Positions 40,337 through 51,474 of a stretch of 64,000 bases of DNA are shown here, piece after piece (positions within the stretch are counted from its first letter, which is position 1; the number at the start of each line of letters is the position of its first letter). Both the position numbers and the translations under genes were made by a program. The stretch is taken from NCBI GenBank assembly GCA_963665235.2, contig CAXXLX010000001.1, positions 2,464,001 through 2,528,000 of the forward strand, read 5' to 3'. Source of the stretch: Candidatus Poribacteria bacterium. GTDB lineage: Bacteria; Poribacteria; WGA-4E; WGA-3G. The notes beneath the pieces were generated by a model that ran no database searches, was not told where the DNA came from, and worked only from the letters and a program-made list of their open reading frames with translations.

Positions 40337-40613
40337 TACCATTTCTAATTGAAAATGTCTCTTTCTTGTAGCATAAACTTCCAGTTTGTGCTTTCTTGTA
40401 GCATAAACTTCCAGTTTGTGCTTTCTTGTAGCATAAACTTCCAGTTTGTGCTTTCTTGTAGCATAAACTTCCAGTTTGTGCTTTCTTGTAGCATAAACTT
40501 CCAGTTTGTGCTTTCTTGTAGTCTTGCTTTCTTGTAGCATAAACTTCCGTTTCTTCCGTTCTCCGTTTCATTTCTAACAACCGGTAATGATAGAATAATT
40601 AATAAAAATGGTA
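40337..40613. mobile_element. Second copy of REP-carrying MITE (5 full 30-bp units plus degenerate units)
   Basis: Same ends and body as 7702-8004. Confidence 0.85.
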
Positions 40614-40693
40614 TTACAAAGGTGGCAACTTAGGTTATTATACCAAGATTAGAAAAACTATACAAGAATTTGTGGCAAAATTGCAAAATTGTG

Positions 40694-42250
40694 TCATGCC
40701 TCCTCTTTACGGATGAGCGGTCCAATAAATATGGCGGAAAAAAGCAGAATTAAAAAAGCGTACGGGGCCGCTTCAGCGAACATCGCCTCCTCTGTGTAAT
40801 CATATACATTGAAGGCAAGCGTTTCGTAGCCCGGTGGTACTAAAAGCAGCATGAGCGGTAATTCCTTCATTGTCGCAAGGAAGACAAGTGCCATGGCGAT
40901 CAACATGCTGCGCTTAAGAAGCGGCAAGACGGTCCTGAGAAATGCCTGAATAGGGGAGCATCCGAGTGAACGGGCCGCCTCCTCCAAGTGTGGTGAAGCT
41001 TGATAGAGCGAACTTCGCACCGGCCCAACTGCTTCCGCCAAAAAGTGCAGGACACACGCATAGATTAGCGCAAGTACGGTCTGAGGACTTCCCAAAAAAA
41101 AGATAATTGATAGCGCAAAGGCAAGCGGCGGTATTGCATAAACGATATACGGAATACGCGCTAACATGTTCGAAAAACGGGAGGGATAACGCACACCAAT
41201 ATAGGCAAACGGCACCGCTAAAATCGCACAACATAACGCCGTTGGCACAGCAACCCCTACAGAACCGAGCAGCGATTCCAGAAGACCCTCTAACACCGAT
41301 ACCTCAAAACCTCTAAACATCCAGAGAAACACTGTCGCTGCTGGCACGCCGACACTTGCAAGAAATAGAACGCCCAAAAACAGATAACCCGCACCTTTCC
41401 AAGCCCGTAGTGACGTTAGTGCCCGAGCCCGGGAAGTACCGTGCCCGGCGCGATAAAGGGTTACCTTAGCTAACAAACGGGTTTCAAGGTAGAGAAGACA
41501 TCCTGTGAAGGTGAGAAGCATCAACGCAAGCCAGGAAGCATAGTTATGCTCAAAGGCAACCTTATATTCCGTATAAAGCGCGTAACTAAAGGTCTCATAA
41601 CGCATCAACGAAACAACACCGAAGTCGCCAAGCACATGTAAAACTATGAGCATGCCAGCTGCATAGAACGCGGGCCGAAGCTGTGGAAGTATGACCTGAA
41701 TGAAAACCTGCCACTGCCCACGGCCGAGGCTTCGCGCAGACTCCTCAAGACTGGGGTCAAGGCCCAGGAACGCTGCACGCAAATTGAGAAAAAGGTAGGG
41801 ACTCGTGTAAAAAGAGAGGGCAAGTAATGCCCCCCAATACCCGCTAAGGCGAGGAATGTTTTTCCCAAAAAATGCGGCAAGTATGCCGTTATTGCCGCCG
41901 AGTGCCAGCAACGCGTAGGCCATCACATACCCCGGAATGGCTAACGGTAAAGCGCATAAAACACTAAAAACCCGTTTACCTCGGAGGGTCGAACAGCTTG
42001 TCAACCATGCTGCCGGCGTTGCCAAACAGATAGTGAACACGAGAACACCGACCGCCAGCAGAAATGTGTTCAGGAGAAGCCTTGCATTTCGCCAGCGAAA
42101 TACTACTTCCACTAAGCTGGTGCTCTCTATAGCAAGTGCTTTAGCAATCAGATACCCTAATGGAATCAAGCCGCCGACGCTGACAAGCAGAGCGGGGATG
42201 AAGAAATACCATCGCTGCCCAACGTGAAAGAAGAGGCGTTGTCTATTGAT
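40694..42250 (-). CDS. Fe(III) ABC transporter permease (FbpB-like); start probably non-canonical at ~42250
   Basis: Two EAA loops (LEESARSLG, LEEAARSLG), many TMs; frame stays open 27-28 codons upstream of the TTG at 42169. Confidence 0.88.
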   Translation of the reverse strand: MNRQRLFFHVGQRWYFFIPALLVSVGGLIPLGYLIAKALAIESTSLVEVVFRWRNARLLLNTFLLAVGVLVFTICLATPAAWLTSCSTLRGKRVFSVLCALPLAIPGYVMAYALLALGGNNGILAAFFGKNIPRLSGYWGALLALSFYTSPYLFLNLRAAFLGLDPSLEESARSLGRGQWQVFIQVILPQLRPAFYAAGMLIVLHVLGDFGVVSLMRYETFSYALYTEYKVAFEHNYASWLALMLLTFTGCLLYLETRLLAKVTLYRAGHGTSRARALTSLRAWKGAGYLFLGVLFLASVGVPAATVFLWMFRGFEVSVLEGLLESLLGSVGVAVPTALCCAILAVPFAYIGVRYPSRFSNMLARIPYIVYAIPPLAFALSIIFFLGSPQTVLALIYACVLHFLAEAVGPVRSSLYQASPHLEEAARSLGCSPIQAFLRTVLPLLKRSMLIAMALVFLATMKELPLMLLLVPPGYETLAFNVYDYTEEAMFAEAAPYAFLILLFSAIFIGPLIRKEEA

Positions 42251-42331
42251 AATGCACCTCCACGCCGGAGCCTATAGTTTGTCCGCCGTGCTGAACGCAG
42301 AAAAACTCCACAAATGCCAGCCGACAATGCA

Positions 42332-43333
42332 CTAAATAATATCCGCGCGCCGAAGCAGCTTGAGCGTTCCTTCCACATCATCCATCTCATTTAAGTCAAA
42401 TGCTGGAACGATTTTAAGCAATTCCGCCAACGGCAACAAATTCGCATGTGGTTTCACACCTTCAATCACAGGGTATTCAAAAACCTCATTAACAAAGTAC
42501 TTTTGTGCTTCCGCTGTGAGGAGAAATTTGATGAACTTAAGTGCCATCTCCTTGTTATCGCTACTTTTCAATAATCCGATTCCTGCAACATTCACGAGAT
42601 TCCCCGGGTCTTTCGCTTTAAAGAGGGTCTGCGCCACCGGAAATTCTGCGTCCTTCTTTTTAAAACGGAAAAGATAGTAATGATTTGGCAAACCGAGGTC
42701 AATTTCACCGGCGGCGAGTGCTTCTATAATCGGTGTATTCTTTGGATAGACTTTCGCGCCGTTAGCTTTCATATCCCGCAGCCATTTTTCGGTGCGTTCC
42801 TCCCCGACCTGCTCACGCATAGCTGTGACAAACGCTTGGAATGAAGCGTTCGACGGTGCCCACCCGATTCTGTCGCGCCATGTCGGCTGCGTTAGTTCGA
42901 ACACACTTTTCGGCAGCTCCTCCATTTTAACCCGTTCCGGGGAATATGCAAGGACACGTGCCCGACCGCTCGTTGCGGCCCACAACCCTTCCGCATGCCG
43001 GAAAGCTTTCGGCACCTTTGTGAGTATTGCTTCCGGTAGTTTTTCAAATAACCCCGCTTTGCTAACAGCACCCAGCGCGCCAGCATCCTGTGCCCAAAAA
43101 AGTGATGCAGTGCTTTTGGCACCCTCGGTTCGGAGTTTCGCAGCTAACTGCATTGTATTGCCGTAACTCACCTTGACCTCAATACCGGTCGACTTTTCAA
43201 ACTTCTCAATAATCGGTTCAACGAGACTCTTACTCCGTCCGGAATAGAGCGTCATCGTCTCCGCGTGCCCCATCCCGATAAATGTGAATAGTAGCAAAAT
43301 AAGAATAAATAAAATCGGTCTGTTTTTAAACAT
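42332..43333 (-). CDS. Fe(III) ABC transporter substrate-binding protein (FbpA/FutA-like)
   Basis: Signal peptide, LYSGR, GRARVLAY, NHYY iron-binding tyrosines, FEYP. Confidence 0.9.
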   Translation of the reverse strand: MFKNRPILFILILLLFTFIGMGHAETMTLYSGRSKSLVEPIIEKFEKSTGIEVKVSYGNTMQLAAKLRTEGAKSTASLFWAQDAGALGAVSKAGLFEKLPEAILTKVPKAFRHAEGLWAATSGRARVLAYSPERVKMEELPKSVFELTQPTWRDRIGWAPSNASFQAFVTAMREQVGEERTEKWLRDMKANGAKVYPKNTPIIEALAAGEIDLGLPNHYYLFRFKKKDAEFPVAQTLFKAKDPGNLVNVAGIGLLKSSDNKEMALKFIKFLLTAEAQKYFVNEVFEYPVIEGVKPHANLLPLAELLKIVPAFDLNEMDDVEGTLKLLRRADII

Positions 43334-43364
43334 AACTGTTTCCTTTAAATAGTTGACTTTAACC

Positions 43365-44189
43365 CTATGTTGAGGTTTCATCTTCAGTTGGACGGGGTAT
43401 GTGAACCCAATGTCCACTTGGGTCATGTCCCCTTGCAATAACAGCCCGTTGGTTCCAATTGTTTGCTGCGTGCACATCGGGCGGCACGAATCGCATTGTC
43501 AACCCACACCGTCTCCGTGTTGAGGTGTTCGGCTTTGACCCGTGCAACAGCAAATCGGAGTGAAGAGACATCTGCCCAGCTTTCATCTCAAACGCAACAG
43601 GTGCACCGCCATATTGTGTAGGGTCATGGACCGTCTGATTTAGCACATTCTTTTCTTCAGCGGCACTGCGTTCAAATGCAATTTGTCCATGCAGATGTGA
43701 CTTCGGAATAACCATCATTGCACCGTTTTCGACAGTCGCATCGTCAATAGCGAGCCACACAGTGACAGTTTTGCTCGGCGACAGGGGCCAATAGGAGGCA
43801 TCCTGATGCCAACTCACCTGTTTCTCTTCACCGGGAAGCTTGCAGAAGTAATGTGTCCCCCAACATATAAGATTTTTCCCAAGCAGATCCTGTAAATAAT
43901 CTAGTATTCTCTCCTCCGTTATCAGGTCATGGACACCAGCACGGCGGGTGTGCCATCCGTTAATAGAATAGCTATTCATCCCCGCGGCAGTTGCCTCTTC
44001 CATTAGGCGGTCAAAATAGGCGCGGTGTTCCGCAATTTCTGATTCCGAAAAAACATATAGTGGAGAAATAAATCCGTTCTCATTGAAGTGTGCAATTTGG
44101 GCGCGCGTCAACGTCGATGGATTTTCGTTTTCAACAGGAAAAAACTGTAATTTTCGATTGAGTTCGGGCATTGCATCCGTAATTGCCAT
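43365..44189 (-). CDS. Phytanoyl-CoA dioxygenase (PhyH) family Fe(II)/2OG oxygenase
   Basis: WHQD, VWLAIDDA..ENGAM, HGS..N...RR. Confidence 0.9.
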   Translation of the reverse strand: MAITDAMPELNRKLQFFPVENENPSTLTRAQIAHFNENGFISPLYVFSESEIAEHRAYFDRLMEEATAAGMNSYSINGWHTRRAGVHDLITEERILDYLQDLLGKNLICWGTHYFCKLPGEEKQVSWHQDASYWPLSPSKTVTVWLAIDDATVENGAMMVIPKSHLHGQIAFERSAAEEKNVLNQTVHDPTQYGGAPVAFEMKAGQMSLHSDLLLHGSKPNTSTRRRCGLTMRFVPPDVHAANNWNQRAVIARGHDPSGHWVHIPRPTEDETST

Positions 44190-44449
44190 CGGAACGTCCT
44201 TTACATCAGGAATTTATATCATAAATTTTATAATACCAGATTTAGCAGCAGTTGTCAACTTAAGTTTTAAGGAGGGGTGTGTAAAGTTTTTGTACTATGA
44301 TAGAGGGAAGGATGGAAGATTGGAAGATTGGAAGGGGGGAAGGATGGATTTCGCGCGTGTGTTGTCTGAATTGCGGATTTATCGGATTTATCGGATTTTA
44401 AGATGCGTAACAATAGAAGGTTTGTGATTATGAGCTAGTGTGTTGTGTT

Positions 44450-44991
44450 TTCTATAAAGATACTGCCCCGCTGGGGCTAGGTTGTGTTGTGTTTTTGTGT
44501 TTTCTATAAAGATACCGCCCCGCTGGGGCTAGCTTGTCTGGCACTTGTGCTTCTATAAAGATACCGCCCCGCTGGGGCTAGCTTGTCTGGCACTTGTGCT
44601 TCTATAAAGATACCGCCCCGCTGGGGCTAGCTTGTCTGGCACTTGTGCTTCTATAAAGATACCGCCCCGCTGGGGCTAGGTTGTGTTGTGTTTTTGTGTT
44701 TTCTATAAAGATACCGCCCCGCTGGGGCTAGCTTGTCTGGCCCTTGTGCTTCTATGATACCGCCCCGCTGGGGCTAGCTTGTCTGGCACTTGTGCTTCTA
44801 TAAAGATACCGCCCCGCTGGGGCTAGGTTGTGTTGTGTTTTTGTGTTTTCTATAAAGATACCGCCCCGCTGGGGCTAGCTTGTCTGGCACTTGTGCTTCT
44901 ATAAAGATACCGCCCCGCTGGGGCTGGGGCTGGGGCTAGCTTGTGTTGTGTTTTTGTGTTTTCTATAAAGATACCGCCCCGCTGGGGCTAG
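44450..44991 (+). repeat. 11 copies of TTCTATAAAGATACCGCCCCGCTGGGGCTAG joined by two recurring linker types
   Basis: Linkers GTTGTGTTGTGTTTTTGTGTT or CTTGTCTGGCACTTGTGC recur, so this is not a CRISPR array. Confidence 0.88.
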
Positions 44992-45036
44992 CTTGTGTTT
45001 GTCTGGTGTTCACATTAAACATGTCGCCCCGATAGC

Positions 45037-45570
45037 TAGTCCCGTAGGGACTTGTGATATATCTATAGAAAGATGTTTCCCCCCCTAGTCCCGTATTGTC
45101 TGGCGTTCACATTAAACATGTCGCTCCGATACGCCTAGTCCCGTAGGGACGATATATTTATAGAAGCAGATGTTGACCCCTAAACATTAAACCGCTAGTC
45201 CCGTAGGGCGATATATTTATAGAAGCAGATGTTTCCCCAACCCCTAGTCCCGTATTGTCTGGCGTTCACATTAAACATGTCGCTCCCGATACGCACGCTA
45301 CCTAGTCCCGTAGGGACGATATATTTATAGAAGCAGATGTTTCGACAACCGCTAGTCCCGTAGGGACGATATATTTATAGAAGCAGATGTTTCAGAGACA
45401 ACCTTATGCTAGTCCCGTATTGTCTGGCGTTCATATGAAACAACCCGCTAGTCCCGTAGGGACGATATATTTATAGAAGCAGATGTTTCCCCAACCCCTA
45501 GTCCCGTATTGTCTGGCGTTCACATTAAACATGTCGCCCCGATAGTCCCGTAGGGACGATATATTTATAG
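45037..45570 (-). repeat. Mosaic array of CTAGTCCCGTAGGGACGATATATTTATAGAA (inverted variant of the same unit)
   Basis: Reverse complement TTCTATAAATATATCGTCCCTACGGGACTAG aligns with the left-array unit; full and half copies interleaved. Confidence 0.8.
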
Positions 45571-45839
45571 AGAAAACGGACATTTATTTTCAAACTCACG
45601 TTTAAGTACAAAAATTTTACACACCCTTGACTTCACAACTTTCTAATGATATACTAAACATTGGTATCCTCTCTTTTGAAAAAAGTTTATTTAGAAAGGA
45701 TACCATTTTTTTATTTCCCTGACAACAAGGCTTTGTACAAAAACTTTACACACCCCTTGTCAAAAAATAGAGTTGACAAATGCCTATATCTTTCGGTACA
45801 ATTAAGGTAAGACTATATTTTGACACATGGAGGCAAAAA

Positions 45840-46205
45840 ATGGCTGAAGAAAATGTTAACAACGAACTTACCGAAACAACAGATGAAGACTATACGGAAA
45901 GTGGGACTATCATCAACGTCGCTCAGATGCAGTCAATTGAAATTAACCAACGGTTCACTCGGGTTAAAATGGATAATGGCTGGATTATCCGGATGCTGGA
46001 ATCTGGACGCGTCACGGTCAACTTTATAACCAGTATGCGGAAATATGAGACAGCGTTAATGGTAGGTGATACGGTTGAACGCGATGGCGATGATCTTATC
46101 ATTAACCGCAACCAACCGGCTGATACCTATCGGGCCCAGCGGGGGACTTCACCGTTAGCACTAACCCGTGAGCAAACCGTGGGAGCAAAACCTGCGGACG
46201 AATAG
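45840..46205 (+). CDS. Hypothetical protein, acidic N-terminus
   Basis: GGAGG RBS before ATG at 45840; family not recognised. Confidence 0.7.
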   Translation: MAEENVNNELTETTDEDYTESGTIINVAQMQSIEINQRFTRVKMDNGWIIRMLESGRVTVNFITSMRKYETALMVGDTVERDGDDLIINRNQPADTYRAQRGTSPLALTREQTVGAKPADE

Positions 46206-46229
46206 CCGTAAAACCCAACACCATCTAAG

Positions 46230-46760
46230 GTGTCTAGGAGGGGGTGTGAGCCCATTTTAGAACGAATTTATAGGCTTATCTCCAGTTTAAAGGGTGGGAC
46301 GATGGTTCCAACGTCGGTCGTGCTGAGTCCGGAAAGTTATGCGGCAGTGCAGCACGAGAAACGCGAGGCAGAAAACGATGCATCGTTGAGCCTGTCACAT
46401 CTGCTTGCCCTACCTGTTTCAGTGCGTCCGGAGAATACGGATATAGTCGTTGTGAAAGAGCTGGTCCCGAACCCGTGCCCGGTCTGTCATCATCGGCTTA
46501 GGTTTCTCCGGGAGATGATAGAACATTTTGAGCACGATGAGACGAACTTAATTCGCTGTCCGCTGGGGCACCGTTATCCGGGGCAGATGAAAATTTACCA
46601 TCTAAACATTTTTCAGGCAGAAGAAAATCCAGAAACGGAAAAGAACATTACCACTTGTCCAGTATGTAGTGGTGAAAGTATTCAGTATTTGGGGCCGGCG
46701 GAGATGTTTTGTCTGGATTGTGATTGGGATAGCGGCATGGCGCCTCGTTATAAAGACTGA
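46230..46760 (+). CDS. Hypothetical Zn-ribbon protein
   Basis: CPVC...CPLGH and CPVC...CLDC motifs; start uncertain. Confidence 0.65.
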   Translation: MSRRGCEPILERIYRLISSLKGGTMVPTSVVLSPESYAAVQHEKREAENDASLSLSHLLALPVSVRPENTDIVVVKELVPNPCPVCHHRLRFLREMIEHFEHDETNLIRCPLGHRYPGQMKIYHLNIFQAEENPETEKNITTCPVCSGESIQYLGPAEMFCLDCDWDSGMAPRYKD

Positions 46761-46814
46761 GGTGCCATACCGTTCCGAAATGAGGCTGTGCTGTTCATTT
46801 GTGATTGATGGGAG

Positions 46815-48482
<1,668 letters not shown>

Positions 48483-48577
48483 CTATTTAAATTTATTTAT
48501 ATACGTAATTATAACATGCGCGAGGCATAAAGTCAACTTTTTTATCAGATTCTGTCTCTCTGAAATTTGCTATATAC

Positions 48578-48693
48578 TACCATTTTTATTAATTACTCTA
48601 TCATTACCGGTTGTTAGAAATGAAACGGAGAACGGAAGACCCAAACTGGAAGTTTATGCTACAAGAAAGAGACATTTTCAATTAGAAATGGTA
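48578..48693. mobile_element. Minimal 116-bp copy of the MITE with a single REP, inverted orientation
   Basis: Reverse complement of the 7702 and 40337 ends with one GTAGCATAAACTTCCAGTTTG unit. Confidence 0.85.
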
Positions 48694-49316
48694 TACAATG
48701 CGCGATTTGTGCTATACTATACTAAACTTTGGACAATTTTAGGGGTGGGTAACGTTCTGGTCAAAGGGATAGGTGGAAGGGTGGAGCGTGTGTTGTCAGA
48801 ATCGAGGATTATCGCGGAGGACACGGATTACGCGGATTTTAAGGTGTGTATGCGTCAAGGTTTTGGGATTAAGTGGTGTTGGTTTTTTTGTCTGAATGCA
48901 CGTCGCATTTGGGCGAATACGCCGCAAATCGCGGATTACACAGAGGACATAGAGAACGCGGAAAGAAGAGGGGTTTGGGTGAAATCTATAAACATATCGC
49001 CCCGATGAGGCTAGTTTGTGGGGTGGTTGCATTTTCTACAGAGCGGGGAGGTCGCGTGCACAGCACGCTCCTACAGAAGAGGGGTGTTGAACAAACGGCG
49101 AAAAATAGGGAGAAATAAAGACCCTCGCCCCAGATTATATTTTTTTCTGGAATATATATGAAAAAGCTGGTATAATACTCTGTAAGTAGTTTATTAAGGT
49201 TTATTTCAAAACCGAGGTAAGATTCTCAAACGATATAATCCCCCCCGGCAGGGCACGGTATTTTTAAAAACTGACCGACCCACCGAGGAATATCAATAAG
49301 GGAAGGAAATTTATCT

Positions 49317-49766
49317 ATGACAAATAATAAGGAGACACGCTCCGCGTTGTTCACTGTTCGAGATGGTGAGGACGCTCTAATTCGTCTCATATTCATTTTC
49401 TATTCAATATTAGGAGGGATCCTCCTCCATCAAAGAATACTTGAGGGGCGGACGTGGTCTGAGGCATTTTCCGTGATGCTAGAGCATGGCGGTGAAGCGT
49501 TGACCTGGGCTACAAGTCTCACCCTAACTATAGAAGGAGTTATGATTATGTTTTCACGTCTTCAAGACCATCGGGACAGACGGAAAAGACGCTTCGAGGA
49601 AGCACGAGCCGAAGGGATAACCCAAGGCAGAGCCGAAGGGATAACCCAAGGCAAAACCGAGGTTTACCAAGAAATCGCTGAATGGAATAAAAGGCGGCTT
49701 GACGCACAGGCACGCAATGAACCATTCACCGAACCGGTCCCCGAATCCCCCGACACTACTCATTAG
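49317..49766 (+). CDS. Hypothetical membrane protein with Rpn-like AEG-repeat C-terminal module
   Basis: Hydrophobic N-terminal segments; RAEGITQGRAEGITQG; internal GAAGGAG+ATG at 49533-49550. Confidence 0.65.
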   Translation: MTNNKETRSALFTVRDGEDALIRLIFIFYSILGGILLHQRILEGRTWSEAFSVMLEHGGEALTWATSLTLTIEGVMIMFSRLQDHRDRRKRRFEEARAEGITQGRAEGITQGKTEVYQEIAEWNKRRLDAQARNEPFTEPVPESPDTTH

Positions 49767-49858
49767 CGATTAGCAAATGGCGATTGGCAAGAAATATAAG
49801 AGACCTCTTTCTCTTGCTAATTGCCACCTGCCACCTGCCAAATGCCAAATAAGGAGGT

Positions 49859-50095
49859 ATGATTATGCTTTCACGTCTTAAAGATCACCGGGAGAGACGG
49901 AAAAGACGATTCGAGGAAGCAAGAGCTGAAGGCAGAGCCATAGGCAGAGCCCAAGTCATAGCCGAAGCGAAAGCCAAAGCGGAAGCCGAGATTTACCAAG
50001 AAATCGCTGAATGGAATAAAAGGCGGCTTGACGCACAAGCACGCAATGAACCATTCACCGAACCGCTCCCCGAACCCCCTGATACCACTCATTAG
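49859..50095 (+). CDS. Stand-alone duplicate of the C-terminal module of the preceding gene
   Basis: AAGGAGG RBS; near-identical to residues 76-149 of the upstream ORF. Confidence 0.7.
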   Translation: MIMLSRLKDHRERRKRRFEEARAEGRAIGRAQVIAEAKAKAEAEIYQEIAEWNKRRLDAQARNEPFTEPLPEPPDTTH

Positions 50096-50502
50096 CGATT
50101 AGCTATTGGCTATTGGCAGAGGTTTGTGAGGCTAAAAGCATATCTGAAGCACGGTAGAGACCTCCTCCACTTGCTAATTGCCAACTGCCAATTGTTATAC
50201 TAAACTTTGGACAATTTTAGGGGTGGGTAACGTTCTTGTCAGTGGTGTGGTTGCATTTTCTATAAACATATCGCCCCGATGGGGCTAGTTTGTGGTGTGG
50301 TTGCGTTTTCTATAAACATTCCGCCCCGATGGCGAAACCGCGCTTTTGCACATTGGAGGTTATTTTTCTCCTATTTGTCCTTGTGTGAGAAACATTGAGA
50401 AAAATCGGAAATGCTTTGAAAATCGGGCATCAGACTCACGGATATTGTCCAAACTATAGTATACTATACTTTGGATTTTAACACTATTTGGAGGAGAATT
50501 AC

Positions 50503-51474
50503 ATGACTGCTCATGAAAGAAAGTGGGATGGCACAATTGTCCGTTATCCCGACCCGGCGATTGAAGTGCTTGACCCACGATTCGCGAAATATAAAATTGG
50601 CAATTCTGTCGTTGAACGTTTGTGGACAGGCGCGCGCTGGTCGGAAGGGCCTGTCTGGTTTGGCGATGGCGGTTATCTGCTCTGGAGCGACATTCCAAAC
50701 AACAGGATTTTGAAGTGGGAGGAAGCTACGGGGGATGTCAGCGTCTATCGAACACCGTCAAACTATAGCAACGGCCACACACGCGACCGACAGGGTAGAC
50801 TCATCAGTTGTGAGCACGGCGCACGGCGGGTGACGCGAACCGAGTACGATGGAACTATCACTATACTGATGGACAGCTTCGAGGGTAAACCGCTCAATGC
50901 CCCAAACGATGTCGCTGTCCACCCCGATGGACATATCTGGTTCACTGACCCAGGATACGGCATTATGCTCAACTACGAAGGGCACATAGCGGCGTTTGAA
51001 CTGCCAACCTGTGTGTATCGCCTCAATCCCGACACCGGTGAAGCGAAGATTGCAACAGATGCACTTGAGAAACCGAACGGGCTCTGCTTCTCACCGGATT
51101 ACGAAAAGCTCTATATTGTGGATACGGGTGTCACGCATACGCCGGGGACACCTCGGCATATTTACGTCTATGATGTAGTGGATAACGCGCGTCTGAACAA
51201 CGAACAGGTATTCTGTGATATGGCACCTGGCATTGCCGATGGCATCCGATGTGATGTTGATGGAAATCTCTGGGCAAGCGCGGGCTGGGTCGGAGATGGT
51301 TACGATGGTGTGCATGTCTTCGCACCGGATGGAACATGCATCGGAAAAATCCATCTTCCCGAAATCTGTGCAAACCTCTGCTTCGGCGGCGTGAAACGGA
51401 ATAGGTTGTTTATGACTGGAAGCCAATCGCTCTATTCCGTTTATGTGGAAGCACAAGGGCTCCCGCTTTTCTAA
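50503..51474 (+). CDS. SMP-30/gluconolactonase family protein
   Basis: WSEGPVW, LNAPND, PNGLCFSPD, ADGIRCD. Confidence 0.92.
   Translation: MTAHERKWDGTIVRYPDPAIEVLDPRFAKYKIGNSVVERLWTGARWSEGPVWFGDGGYLLWSDIPNNRILKWEEATGDVSVYRTPSNYSNGHTRDRQGRLISCEHGARRVTRTEYDGTITILMDSFEGKPLNAPNDVAVHPDGHIWFTDPGYGIMLNYEGHIAAFELPTCVYRLNPDTGEAKIATDALEKPNGLCFSPDYEKLYIVDTGVTHTPGTPRHIYVYDVVDNARLNNEQVFCDMAPGIADGIRCDVDGNLWASAGWVGDGYDGVHVFAPDGTCIGKIHLPEICANLCFGGVKRNRLFMTGSQSLYSVYVEAQGLPLF

Larger units (their letters stand above)
44273..45628. mobile_element. 1.36-kb non-coding element with 24-bp TIRs enclosing two opposed hairpin-repeat arrays
   Basis: AGGGGTGTGTAAAGTTTTTGTACT (44273-44296) vs AGTACAAAAATTTTACACACCCCT (45605-45628), 1 mismatch; related ends at 45735-45757, ~55946, ~59885. 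Confidence 0.75.

Noticed and set aside
44450-45570. CRISPR array (31-nt palindromic repeat with intervening sequences)
   Set aside because: Intervening sequences are only two recurring 18-21 nt linkers, not unique spacers; no cas genes in the window.
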